NCBI GenBank assembly: GCA_043228905.1
Contig: JBHGNT010000010.1
Span: 5,332,001-5,396,000 of the forward strand
Length of the DNA stretch: 64,000 bases
DNA from: Azolla caroliniana
Lineage: Eukaryota > Plantae > Polypodiophyta
Reading direction: 5' to 3'
Shown here: positions 24,945 through 37,749 of the stretch, in pieces
How positions within the stretch are numbered: the stretch's first letter is position 1
Layout: the number at the start of each line of letters is the position of its first letter
Translations under genes and position numbers: made by a program
The notes under the pieces: model-generated
The model's input: the letters and a program-made list of their open reading frames with translations, nothing else
Databases searched by the model: none
Told to the model about the DNA's origin: nothing

Positions 24945-27900
24945 CATACAAAGGAACCGCACGAAACGGTCACGCAGTTCACGATCCGGTTCTAGGATCT
25001 CTACCGACAAGTGGCCGATGATGTCTCAGCACAACATATACCAGACACTTTCCTATCCAGTTTACGAGAGCCTCTCCGAACGACTCTCGCACTTACAAAT
25101 TTCGCCAACCATGCTATCGAACAAGTCATAACGCGGGTTCTCGCCCTCGATCGGACCCAACACAGCACGGCCTTCTCGATGACATCCTTGCAAAACTCTC
25201 TTCCCCAAGAGGACAATCGCTTTCGCCAAGCCCTCCAATGCACGGCGTGTTCAAGATCAGGGCACCTGGCCCTCGAATGTCCCCACCAACCAGTGTCCGA
25301 TCTGCCAATCTCGAGCTCACATTGTCGAGCAGTGCGAATATAATATGCTGAACCGCACAACGGCGGCACCGGTCCACCAGATCGAGCCACGAAATACATA
25401 CTCTCGGCAGGACAAGTGATATGTCTACCGAGACCAGGATAACGACCGACCGCGATCCCCGGATCGACGACGCCGAGACGACGACTACCGACGTGATGAC
25501 CGCTGTGATCATTATCGCGATGACCGGCACGACGATTATGCTCGATATGATGACTATCGCGATGACCGATATGACCGACGGAACTCACGCATTGATCGGT
25601 GAAACGACAACCGCAACACACGCAACAATAGAAGACCTAACGACAACCGTCGACGGGACGCTCCTCAAAATGACCAGCGCAACTCCAACGCACCTCGGAA
25701 CAACCCACCACCAAACGAGACGAAGAATCAACAACAGCTTCCACACACAGACCCAGCGGACACCAGCAGCTCGGCCAACGTTACATGTTTTAAATGTAAC
25801 CAACCAGGCCACTACGCCACGCAATGTCCAACAACCAACCGTGGCAAGGCACCCGCGGTGAACAGTATCATGGCCAATGTTCAAACGGTCACTACCCGAA
25901 GTAAAGCGCAGACTACTCAGTGGCAAATCCAGGATGAAGTACGTCAGGTAGCAAAAGAATGGATCGACACGGCCAATAAAAAAAATGCAGTACGCATGCA
26001 AACTTACATGAGAGACGGGCCCAATGAAGTACCACAAACCTCGGCACCATCCACGTCGGAGGAGGACGACCAACTATGGGATGTTCTTACCAACTCCCGC
26101 ATCTCGCTGCCCCTACATAAACTGTTACCACTCATGTCGAGATTCCGGGACACCCTGGCAGCACTCCAGGCCAATAATAAGCCCGTGACGCCACCGGTAC
26201 ACCTCACCGAAGCAGGAACCGGTCCACCACTCATGGACTCTCAGAACCCAGCCGTGCGAATCATCATTAAGGGACAAGACCTGCACAGATGCATCATCGA
26301 CGACGGATCCGGTGTAAACGTTATTAGCGAGTCAACGTGTCTCAACCTCGGCCTGAATCAATGGGAACCATGCCCCTTTTGGCTTTAGATGGCCGACACC
26401 CGCTCCGTTCACCCCATTGGTTTAATTCGCCATCTCGACTTCACACTTGGAGGCCACATGTTCACGATCTCGGCCGTCGTGCTAAGATTGGAGACACAAG
26501 GCGCCTACCCAATGTTACTAGGCCGACCATGGTTGCGTACAACGAATATCAAGCAACATTGGCAACGCAACATGATCTCGTTGCGAAGAGGAAAGACAAA
26601 AGTCTGAATCATCACTGAAGAACGAGTCCCCGCCGCCCTCAACACTTCGCCGTTATACGCAGAAGGGGTCCATATGCTTGACGGTTTGGCCAATGAGGAG
26701 GTCGATGACTTCCTAGATGATCATCCCACGATCATCCCTCTCTTCGAAATCAATGCCTTACCAACCATCGAGCCATCTAAAGACGAGGAAGTCACCACCC
26801 TAGGATGAACCAAATCCAACCACAGTTGCCGAGCTACGTCATGCTCGGGAGGCTTTCGAACGCGAACTCGCCATTTCACAACGAGTGAAAGCATCAACCC
26901 TGGAAACAATAAACCTCGGTTCGGACAAGAATCCCCATACGTTACAAATTGCCAATAATCTACCAACCGGAGAACGGGCATGCCTCGTAAAATTGCTCAC
27001 CGACTACCAGGATGTTTTCGCTTGGTCTTACACCGATATGAAGGGGCTGGATCCTCAATACTACCAACATCAAATTCACATCTTACCCGACACTCGGTCG
27101 GTTCAGCAGAGGCGCTACAGGATGAACCCCAACTACGCCGCTAAAGTCAAAGAGGAAATCAACAAACTACTCCGAGTGGGCTTCATTCGCCCTGTTAAAC
27201 GAGCCACGTGGTTGAGCCCGATCGTAGTGGTCCCAAAGAAGAACGGAAAAATCCGTGTCTGCGTCGACTATCAGAAGCTTAACGCGGCAACAGTCACCAA
27301 CGGTTTCCCTCTTCCATTCACGGATAGTGTCCTCGACACGGTAGCCGGCCACGAATGTTACAGTTTCCTCGACGGGTTCAGCGGCTATAACCAGATAAGA
27401 ATGAACCCAGAGGATCAGGAGAAAACCACTTTCGTCACGGAATGGGGTGTTTTTGTAGCAGAAGTAATGATGTTCGGTCTAAAAACGGCGCCGGCTACGT
27501 TCCAGCGCATCATCACCGAAATCTTTCATGACTACATCCCGACGTTCATGCAAGTCTTTCTCGACGATTTCGCCGTGTATGGCCATCGACGGGAACACAT
27601 GACCCAGTTACGACTCTGCCTGGACCGATGTAGCCAAGCTCGATTGAGCTTAAACCCGGCGAAATGCGCGTTCTTAGTCACCAACGGCAACCTTCTCGGC
27701 CACATTGTCAGTCAAGAAGGCATCGCTATGGACCCGGATAAAGTAAAGGCAATCCTGACCGCCACTGCACCCTCGAACGCTAAGGCACTAAGCCATTTTT
27801 TGGGATAGATCCGGTGGCACAGTCGAATGATACGGCACCTGGCTGATTTCGCGACACCTCTACACGCGGCAGTCCATCGCCTTCCCTTCCAATGGACGTC

Positions 27901-29779
27901 AATCGAGGACACGACCTATCAGACCCTGAAACGAATGTTGTCACATGCCCCAGTGGTCCAGTCTCCGGTTTGGTCCGAACCGTTTCATGTCTTCGTAGAT
28001 GCTTCAGACATCGCCATCGGAAGTGCCCTGATGCAATGCACACCCCCGAATTGGTATAGGCCCGTGTACTATGCCAGCCGATGGCTCTCGACCGCGGAAA
28101 AGAATTACTCCACCACCGAGCGGGAGGCCCTCGGTATGATTTATAGCATCAATAAATTTCGGCATTACCTCTTGGGCCAAAAATTTACCTTTCACGTGGA
28201 TCACTCGGCCCTTCTTTAATTGGTCAATAAACAAGCCCTCACCGAACGGTTGGCTCAGTGGATGCTCCTACTACAAGAGTTTGATTTCCAGATTCAGCAT
28301 CGACCCGGGGTACAACATGCCGTCGCCGACTACTTGAGCCGTCTTGAGTCAGGGGAACCGGCGAAAACAACGTACGACGAGCTACCGGACGCCAGGCTAT
28401 TTAACCTGACCACGATCCCAGACGATAACGGAGATGAATGGATCACGGAGATGACCCATTTTCTCACTACCAGTGTACCTCCCGAGCACATGACCCTTGA
28501 CACGAGAAAACGCCTAGCAGTGCGTAGCCGGAATTTTTGCCTCGTCTCGGACATTCTCTACCACAAAGGCTCGGACGGCATATGGCGCCGAGCAATTCGG
28601 CAATTCGAGAAGAATGTCGTTCTTCAGGAAGCCCACCAAGGAGTAGCTGGGGGGCACTACGTCGGGGATTCCACGGCAAGGAAAGTTTGGCAAAGTGGAT
28701 TGTGGTGGCCGACAACGAAGAAAGACGCTCACGAGTTTTGCCGGCAGTGCGATTTGTGCCAACGACTGGGGCAACCAATGGAACAGTCATGGATGCCACA
28801 CCAGCCGATTCTTCCATTGGACCCATTTCAAAAATGGGGTTTGGATTTTGTAGGCCCTTTCAAACCACCCGCGGCCCGAACAGGGAATAGGTATATTATT
28901 GTTGCCACGGATTACTGCACCAAATGGGTCGAGGCTAAGGCACTCCGAGATAACACGGCGGCATCCACGGCTAAATTCATGTACGAGCACCTCTGGTGCC
29001 GTTACGGATGCCCAATAGAGCTCGTTAGTGATCAAGGTGGGTACTTCATCAATCATATAATACGTGAGCTTACACACCACTACGCGGTGGTGCACAAGAA
29101 AAGCACACCATACTACCCGTAGGCGAACGGCTTGGCGGAATCGACCAATAAAATCCTCCAAACCATACTGAAGAAGATCGTCAATGAAAACATGATCGAT
29201 TGGGATGACAAACTCCAGAGCGCAATGTGGGCGTATCGTACGACTTTCAAAACAAGCATCCAATCAACCCCCTTTCGAATGACGTTCGGGTTAGAAGCCG
29301 TAATGCCCGTAGAGTTCCAAGTCCCGAGCCTCCGAGTTCAAATCAAAGCACGGCTCCCCGAGGCCCAATCCGAGCAATACCGACTGGAACAACTCCTCGA
29401 ACTCGGCGAAGATAGGATAGACAGTATGGCCCAGCTTGAACAACGCCAACGGCAACGCAAGGCTTTCGTGGATTGACATCGACACGGGCTGGAAAAGGAG
29501 CTCACCATCGGCAAAATGGTTCTTCTTTTTCAAACACGACTCGAGTCTATGCCGGGAAAATTAAGATTTCGGTGGACCTGTCCATTTTGGATTATCGACG
29601 AGTTCAACGGGACGTTCCAGCTCGGCACACTCGTCGGCGACACTGTCAAAAGCTGGACCAATGGTTTCCGACTTCGACCATATCGAGGCACTACACCACC
29701 CAACCCGTTTACCGAGCCACACGGCACAAACGAGTTTCGGGAGACCACCACGGAGGAGGCCACGTGCCCCCCTGAATAA
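24945..29779 (+). pseudogene. Gypsy gag-pol with multiple stops and frameshifts
   Basis: Collinear ORF pieces interrupted by stops at about 26386, 26605, 27806, 28217, 29120 and 29474, mostly CAG/CGA to TAG/TGA changes. Confidence 0.9.
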
Positions 29780-29992
29780 GGACTCACCCACCTTCTTGAA
29801 ATTAATAAAAGTAGTAGTAGGTAGGATTAACCATAGTTTAGCCACCGATTAGCTACACCTACACCACCCACCTAGGCACCCACAAATTTAGGGGCACCCC
29901 TCGCCACCACTCTTTTAGTACCTATTTAAGCACATGCAAAGCACTAGAAGCACCCCACTCACCTTCAGGACACGTGGTGCTAGTCACTTATT

Positions 29993-32900
29993 ATGGCACC
30001 CACGACTCAGAATCTTCAGGATTCGCTTCAGGCACAAAACCCTAGGAGTAAGTTACTAAAACCGTTTCCAAAACACAGCAGCACAGACACAGAAGTTCAT
30101 TATCGCTCCCAATCTCCATCACTCTCAAGCTCAGAAACCCCATCTCGCTCTCATCACGCTAAACGCTCTTGCTCTCAAGCCCTCTTTCGCTCTCATAACC
30201 CCTCTGCTGAACTTCCCATTCTTGCTGATCCTTCTCTATCTCGCCCTCGCCTCATCACTCTTCTTCACACTTCCACACAGTCGAGCCCCGTCTCCATCTC
30301 CACCATGCCTCTTACCGCTTCAACAGAAACCCGCGCCTGGCTCCAGGAACGAGGAATGGGCGGTTACCTGAAGATCATCGATGCCCCCGCGCACCCAGAT
30401 GCCCAAGGTGTGGCTAAACGTATAATTCCCAAAGCTATCACCAACAACGTGCTTCGGGCTGTTTTGGATCTGCAATGGGGAGGGGACCATGAGGTTGACA
30501 TACCCCCGACATCAAAGATGAAAGCGTATTTCGGTGAGTACTCAGCCTCAGGGAAGGCATATCGCACGTATGGCGGTCCCAACAGAGCTTTCGGGGAGAT
30601 TGCTCGTATATTAATGGAGTATGCGTTCGTGCATACGAACCCAACGAGCATGCCACAGAACAAGGCAGTCATCATCATGAGCGCGTATGAAGGAAACAGA
30701 ATCGATTGGGGAATCATCACAGGCGAAGGACTCCGCGCCGCCTTAGCTTCATTTTAGTCCGGTAAGAAGATGTTGTATGTTCTTACCCACTTTTTGATGG
30801 TTCTATACCCACCCTCTTCTCTTCCTTCCCCTCGCACACTCACGTCCCCACCACCACCATGAAGGCAGAAAGAGAAATTCGTTGCCATCAGCCACGAAGC
30901 ATGGGAGGAGCCCACATCGCCTCCACCTCTTGCCGCTAACCAAAACCCCGCATCTGCACCACCACCCACTCAACCCCAACAAAAAAGGGCAGTTTTCGAG
31001 ACCTGCCAAGAATGGGAGGAGGAGGTAGCCGCGGAAGATAACACAGCCGATGATGTCACCATTCGACAACCAACGTCGCAGCCCTCGGTAACTTCCCCAG
31101 AGCCTAGCCCACGCCCCAACACACAGCAAGCTGCACCACCACGACCCCAGAAAAGGAAGCAGGCAGAGGAAACGACACTACCGGTCCCGGAACCCCAAAC
31201 ACAGCCGAGCAAGAGAAGACGATTCAACCGCGAGTCCTCGGAAGAACAAAAAGAGCCACAACAGGAGCAAGCCTTAGTTGTCAGACAGAGCAACCTGGCC
31301 ATCATCCCTGAGGAGGCATCGCTGAACCAGGGAAAGATCGAGCATGGGCAGACAACGCAAATCTCGGAGGATGAAGTCCTCGGGTATAAGGACCTCCCCG
31401 CGAAGGCTTACGAATTTAGTGCGCTCCTATGCCTCGGTACGACATTCGAGCTGGTCGACTTCCTCGCTAGAGCCCAAGTTGCGGCAGCCGCTCGAATGGC
31501 GGAAGAGCACGCCGAAACAAAAATGATTCAACGCGCGCTAATAGGTGAAATTGAGCCCCAGGAGGACAGGGCTTTACAAAAAATCGGGAGAAAGAAGCAG
31601 GCAAAACAGGCCGCTCTCCTCATGGAGGTCCCCGAGTTGAACACGACCCTTATCGAGGCATATAGGGACCTGGATCGCACTACGCAGGCAGCCAAAGACA
31701 TGGCCCGAAAGATAAAAATAGCCCAAAAACAGGCTAAGATGGCTATAGAATTATGGCACGCTGCGAAACAGAAGCTGGCAGCCTGGGAGCAAAACCGGCC
31801 GGAACAACAACTCTTGAGCCTTCCGGCCACGACCACCGAGGCCCTCCCAGCCCCTCCACGCATAACAATGATGGATGAAAGCACCGTCACAGATTCAATC
31901 CTGACGATGCAGGCCAATACACAAACGGACTCGTTACAAATGGTTGATGCTTGCACAACAACCGAGGCGGCCACGCCCATGGAGAAGACCGAGATACCAC
32001 CCCCTCGTGCACCCAAGGAGGTGGCAACCCAGACAGAACCCCCGCTCCGGGATTACCGCGCGGAGCTTAAAGAAGAACAACGGCGAACCGAGAGACACGA
32101 CAACGGCATCAAGAGGCGATGGCTCACCTAAAAGAAGAAGCTTCCAAGCAGATGGCCGAGATTAGAGCCCAGGCCGACCAAAGGATATACGAGCAGAACG
32201 AAGCACTGGGCCGGGTACAAGCGCAAGCCGCGGGCAAAGAAGCCGAACTCAAAAGCAAGTTGGAGGAATACGCAGCCACAGTGGCAAAGAAAGAGAAGGA
32301 GGTTCTAGACCTACAGGCCGCGCTCGACAATGCGAAATACTGGAACCATTGGCAGGAGGAAAGAAATTGCCAACGGGAGGAGAGAATGATCGCGGAGAAT
32401 GCCTAGCTGCAGAGTCAGCGTACGACCCTTAAAGAAATGGTTAATGAGTTTTTCATCAAATGCAAGCTACTTTCGGAGCAAAAAGACGAATTATAGGATT
32501 CCTACTTCGCCCTACAAGAAGAGAGAATCGTCGAACGGGAACAAGTCCGGGCCACGTGTCAAAAAGAACGGGAGCAAGCCACCGAAGAACTCACCAAGCG
32601 TTACGAGCAGGCTATCCAGCTCGTAACCGCGGATGCAAAGAACACTCAAGCCATCTATGAACTACGAGCACAGAAGCTTCAGGCCGAGGTCGACGGCTTA
32701 AAACAGGAATTAGCAGCCATCCGAGCACAGCCCGGCATGGATGAGACACGCATCAGAATATTGATCGAGAAACAGCGCCAACACCTTACCAAAAAGGTCG
32801 AGGAAACATTAAGTTGCGTAGGAGACGAATGGGCAGGCCAAGCTACCAAATTGCATATTTTACGCATTGACGCCGAGAACCAACGGAAGGAGGGCCGCGA

Positions 32901-33290
32901 CTTCTACAAAATGGACGAAGCCAGCATACAAAACCTGCATGCAGATTTAACCGAGGATTACCAGTCCTTGGCAAAATCTCACACCGCAGCAATCGAGCAA
33001 ATAATGGAGGACTTCAATGATGGTTAGATGTTGTTTCGCCTGGAAGCAGAAGCCTTCGAATGAGAACGACTCGCAGCCATCCCAACCAGCCCTCCAGCAG
33101 CCATAGAGCAGAAGGAAGAACCTTCCAGCAAGGAGATCACGGACACGGCACAGGAGGAACTTACCCCGGCCAACAGACATCCCACGAACGCCCACACGGT
33201 ACCAGATCTAGTCGAAGTAGAGATCAGCGCCCTCGAACCCACACCCCCACCAGAAGAATCAGCCGCACCTGAGGCGGACGCCCGAGAAGA
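29993..33290 (+). pseudogene. Extra ORF 3' of pol (globular domain ending IDWG, Pro-rich linker, long coiled coil), decayed
   Basis: Same-strand ORF pieces 29993-30757, 31496-32131, 32119-32406 and 32737-33027; E/K/Q/A-rich heptad-like segments. Confidence 0.7.
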
Positions 33291-33957
33291 TATGACACCC
33301 CCGAACCAAACTCAACCCCCCGCACCGACAGTCCAACCAGACCACCCTGCCACCACCCCAGACCCCGAAAACATCCTCGACATCTTAAAAGAGGAATGAA
33401 ACGAGGATCACGCCTAAAAGGCAATTTTTGTAATATTGTTAGTATTTTGTAAGTCGTGGGTCCAACGAACAAGGTCCTGTCCCACGGGTGTGCCAGGTGT
33501 TGTCCAGAGGACAGAAATGTAAATTTAGGAAATTAGCAAACGTCGAGTCCAAGTATCACGGGCCACGGACGGCTCAGTTGTGTATTAGGGGGAAAAGTTA
33601 TTTAAACGAGGACCAGTACCTCAGAGTGGGGGGGGAGAAGAAAAATATAGGCGGAAGCACTAGTTGAGTCCCTCGTAACTAGCTAATCTTGTAAGGTCAC
33701 CGGCCGTAGGCCGTGTTCTGTAATCTCTTCTGTCGCAGTAATATAGCTAAATTGTGCCCAGTTTGCTCCATGTGTCTGTGCTTTGATTCATACCTATGAT
33801 TTGAGCGCCGCCCACGCCTGTCCAGATCTCGTTAGTGTTTTCTCTCTGAGCACTGTCTCTCCCTCGACGCCTCTGTTACGAGCCTTCACGTACCATGCCC
33901 TTGAATACCGATAGCCACAGATCTATCGAAGGTGTTCACCCAAAGGAACGGGTAACA

Positions 33958-34015
33958 CCTTGTAGAAGGGTTGCCCATTTTGTATTAGTAGGGTATACCG
34001 TTAAACGGAGAGATG

Positions 34016-34048
<33 letters not shown>

Positions 34049-34545
34049 GTTTTAGGGTTTCTTCTTCTTGCTCTCCTCTGCTTCTTCTTCTTCGTCCTTC
34101 TGTGCGTCGAGCCTTGGCATCTAGCGTTCCAGTTTTCTGCCCTGTACTCTGTGCAAGACCCCGCTCGGTACGACAAGCCCGAGAGCTCCCCAACCGGCGG
34201 CTTGGCAGTAGACGACGGTTGTATCTTGTGCGACCTAGGTCCAGCTTGAAGTCGTTGTTGAATCTCGTTGCCTTGTAAATACATATACATTTGGTTGTGC
34301 ATATTCGGGTCTCTGTTGGTGTGCGTGTGTGTGTCTTAGTGTTTCTTTCTGGCTTATGTACATGTTCATGCGAGAGTCAATGTTGCGTGCCTGCTCTCTC
34401 TCTCTCTCTCTCCCTTCAGTTGCTTCCGGTGTGCTCTTGGGGTGCCCTGGAAAGGGTGAAGCACGACTTCCTACGCTCTGTCACTCCATAGTCTGAGACC
34501 CCCGTGGTCTCGCCTTTCTCCATGCACGCGCGTAACAACGTGACA
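33958..34545 (+). mobile_element. Right part of an LTR into which the Gypsy inserted, itself inserted in a Copia gag
   Basis: Shares AAGGGTTGCCCATTTTG...AGGGTATACC with 37625-37660 and CTGTGCAAGACCCC with 47275-47288; ends ACGTGACA directly against Copia gag sequence. Confidence 0.55.
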
Positions 34546-35994
34546 CCGCTATACTCTTCGTAGTCGGACTTGTGCGCGTAATTCGTGAGTTGTCGGCTTG
34601 TGGAAGCCAATTCATGCATCTTCTTTTGGCACTCTTCTTCGTGGTGGCCGAGCTTTCCGCAATATCCGCATTCGGTTGCGTTTTGACGGCTCGGGCCGGA
34701 CTGGAAGCTCCCCCTTCTTGCGAAGGTTCCTCGTTGGCTTCCGTTTTGCAGCTGAAATTGGGAGTTGGTGTCGTAGGTCGAACCTCGTCCACCTTGTCCT
34801 TGGCCGAATCGGCCTCTCGCTCGTCCGCGTCCTCTTCCTCCATTCGAGTGCGTGTAGAGCATGTGGTCTTCCGACTCATTGGTCCTTGTACGCACGTGGT
34901 TTTCTTCGACCAATAGCATTGATTGGAGCTCGAAGAAGGAGGGAGATTTCTCCCTTGCTAGAACGACGGTTTGCATCGCGCCGAACCGTTGTGCGAGGCC
35001 ACCGAGGCATATTTGCACCATCTCATCATCATCGATACTTACGCTTATCGAGCGGAGCGAGTCACAAAGCTCCTTGATCTTTAAGGTGTATGTCGTGATG
35101 GACATGTCCCTTTGTTGAATGTTGTTCAACTCTTGGCGGAGTTGAAGCCTTCTTGCGGTTGTGTTCGCCGCGAAAATCTTTCGTAGATTTTCCCATGCCT
35201 CCTTCGGCGTCTTGGCTTCACGAATGTAGTCGAGCATGTGATCGTGAACACATGTCGTCAAGCAATACATCACACAGTTTGCGGCTTGCTCCCATGTCGC
35301 ATATCCGGAAGCCGCTTCGGCAGGTCGGTCTTCATGCTCTCCTTTGATGTAGCTCCAATAGCTTTGTCCAACAAGGTATTGGTGCATCTTGTACTCCCAA
35401 GATGCGAAGTTGTTTCAATCCAACTTCTCAGTAGGGAGAGCGCTCCCCATTTGAGTATTCATTATGTCGATTCTTCTTCTTCTTCTTCTTCTCTTCTTCG
35501 AATGCGAGCTATGTAGCGAAGCTACGATAGCGATGAGCCGGTTCTTCTTGAACGTCGGCGTAGAACTCAACACACGCGAATGGGCTAGATGGAGCTACCA
35601 AACCGCTTTGATACCATGTAAAGAATCAGGTATTATTCTTGTGTAGCGAAATAGGTGTGAACTGTGTGTGTATGAGAGAGTGAGAGAGACAAGGAGTAAG
35701 ACACAGAGTATATGCAAGGTAGATTATATTAACAAAGGAGAAAGACTCAACAACATACAAGGTGGGAGGAGGGTGCTTTATATAGTCACCCTCTCTCTTG
35801 ATTAACTACAAGACTCATGGACCATGGGGAATGTGAAAGCTCATAAGTTATGTGTCATAGAATATGATTCTATGACTCATACTAAATGCTAGAATACAAA
35901 GATGTGACATAATGGTGACTCTTGACCGTTGGAGTGTCTATTCACTCTCAAGGTGAGTTCACACACTAGACCAAGTTGAGCTTGATTCTCAACA
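34546..35994 (-). mobile_element. Truncated Ty1/copia: 5' LTR, PBS and gag
   Basis: LTR 35617-35994 (TGTAAAG...TCAACA); PBS TGGTATCAAAGC (about 35605-35616, minus); Gag with UBN2-like AWENL...LQLRQEL, RGG stretch and CGYCGKLGHHEEEC knuckle. Confidence 0.85.
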
Positions 35995-36242
35995 GAAAGC
36001 TTACACTAATAAACGAGTACAATTGAGGTAAAATCTCAACTCCGTTACATGGAGTTGTAAAATGGTACTACATAAGACAAAGATATTAAAAGAATAGGAA
36101 GAAACCTTCAAGAGGAGATCCTGAAGTTTCAGTTCAACAAACCCATGAATGACGAATTCGTCGCCTTTTTTCGTCGACAATCTTGAACACCCTCTTGATT
36201 CACAATCCTGAAGCTCAATTAAAATTTTGGCAATGGTTTTGC

Positions 36243-36410
36243 CCAACACCTATATTGAGATCCCCAATAATGAGCTCTCTTGTCCCTTTTTTAGGCTCTT
36301 GGAGCTCCCCTTGCAATAAAATTAGCAGCAACACCTATATTGAGATCCCCAACAATGAGCTCTCTTGTCCCTTTTATAGGCTCTTAGAGCTCCTATTGCA
36401 ATAAAAATAG
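36243..36410. repeat. Tandem duplication, 2 x about 85 bp
   Basis: CAACACCTATATTGAGATCCCCAA... occurs near 36244 and near 36328. Confidence 0.8.
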
Positions 36411-36523
36411 CATGCACCTATACTTTTCTTCCTATGGTGCTTAGTGTGCCCAAAATATTGATCATCATGTCCACCCATTCACATTGCTTCCACTTAACCT
36501 ACTCAAATATACATATTCCCTTT

Positions 36524-36580
36524 GCAAGATTTGAACCCTTGACCTTTTCATTTTGACGGTATGTTCTTACTAATTGAGCT
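36524..36580 (-). mobile_element. tRNA-derived SINE-head-like remnant
   Basis: Minus strand AGCTCAATTAGTAAG...GGTTCAAATC gives an A-box and B-box at tRNA-like spacing. Confidence 0.35.
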
Positions 36581-37131
36581 TGATACTTCTCTACTTTATT
36601 TCAATTCACGACAATATAAATCATAGATTGAATTGTTTTTTCCCAAATGCATGAGTTAATTCGCACTTACAATGTTTGTTACATCCAGTGCCTAAAGTTC
36701 CAATAGATAAGATAGAGATATCATAGGTGTTGAGAATCAAACAGTCACATTCTAGACTTGAATTGAGCTTGATACTTCTCTACTTTATTTTAGTCCTAGA
36801 ACACACCAAATACATAGTGTTAGATAAACCATATTGAAACTCTTAAGTTATATAAACTTGTATATGGTTTAATATTCTATAGTTTAGCATATAGTACATT
36901 CCAGAATATTCTAGTCTTTAGTATATTCTAGAGATATTTTTTGGGTATATTTTAGAGATATTCAATCTCAAAACTTATATATGTATGTGTGTTCACTTAT
37001 ATTACAATCAAGGTGACCAATGTCAGTTACAAAGTCTTTCAATTCATCAACTCATCCATTTGATTTTCTTCTAGTCTCTTGTGTATATTATCTCTCTGTG
37101 ACACAAACTCAACTTCCCTAGTGTACTCCAA

Positions 37132-37670
37132 TGTTGCTTGGCCAGCTCGTTTAGTTGACTCGTGTATGGCCGATTTGCTTGACATGATCGGGTCGGGTCA
37201 TCCGGATCCTCGTGTGTTGATCAGCTAGGTGGTTGATTGGCCCCGACTATACTCTGATCAACAACTTCTGGCAAGCGCACTTTGTGAAACCGGCAATTTC
37301 CAAGCTAGTCAAGCCACGGGGAGCACACAAGGACTCTCTTCTCTTGGTGACGAGAATGATGGTACACAGGAGATAGCAACACCAATGCTCGCATGAGCCG
37401 GAGCATTCAACCATGCAGACGGCAAGCACACGGCTTGCAACGACATGTGTGGTGTAGTGAAGATTTCCGGCTACGGTGAGAAAACCGGATGGAATGGGCA
37501 AAGTCGTCGATGTGCAACATGTACATTAGAAAATGTATACAAAACGATAAAGGGGGATATTTATCCCATATTGTAACGCCCTTCCCTCCTTGGACTATAA
37601 AAGGAGGGAGGGGTCTCTTGTGAAAGGGTTGCCCATTTTGAGTTAGGAGGGTATACCACTTTTTTTTTCT
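37132..37670 (+). mobile_element. Partial LTR (U3 to TATA/R), related to 33958-34545 and 47014-48937
   Basis: CTATAAAAGG near 37594 followed by AAGGGTTGCCCATTTTG...AGGAGGGTATACCACT. Boundaries approximate. Confidence 0.45.
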
Positions 37671-37749
37671 CCCAAAAAAATATCCTCCATTGGTATTAAA
37701 ATTAAAGGAAACTATATACATATATTGTGTTACATCAGTTCAAAACTAA

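Larger units (their letters stand above)
24942..33957 (+). mobile_element. 5'-truncated, decayed Athila-like (non-chromovirus) Ty3/gypsy element with extra 3' ORF
   Basis: Begins inside Gag (ETVTQFTIRF); PR IIDDGSG near 26295; RT 26885-27808 (FLDD); RH 27827-28219; INT 28220-29779 (WGLDFVGP, NGFRLRPY) with no chromodomain and no extra archaeal RH seen. Putative 3' LTR from about 33293 (TGACACCC) to 33957 (GGGTAACA); its left edge is uncertain. Confidence 0.88.

Noticed and set aside
24280-25131. 283-aa LINE-Gag fusion gene
   Set aside because: The ORF starts in a microsatellite and reads the Gag part out of frame; it is a junction artefact.
25001-33472. Many antisense ORFs across the Gypsy element
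   Set aside because: Shadow ORFs of GC-rich coding sequence with no motifs.
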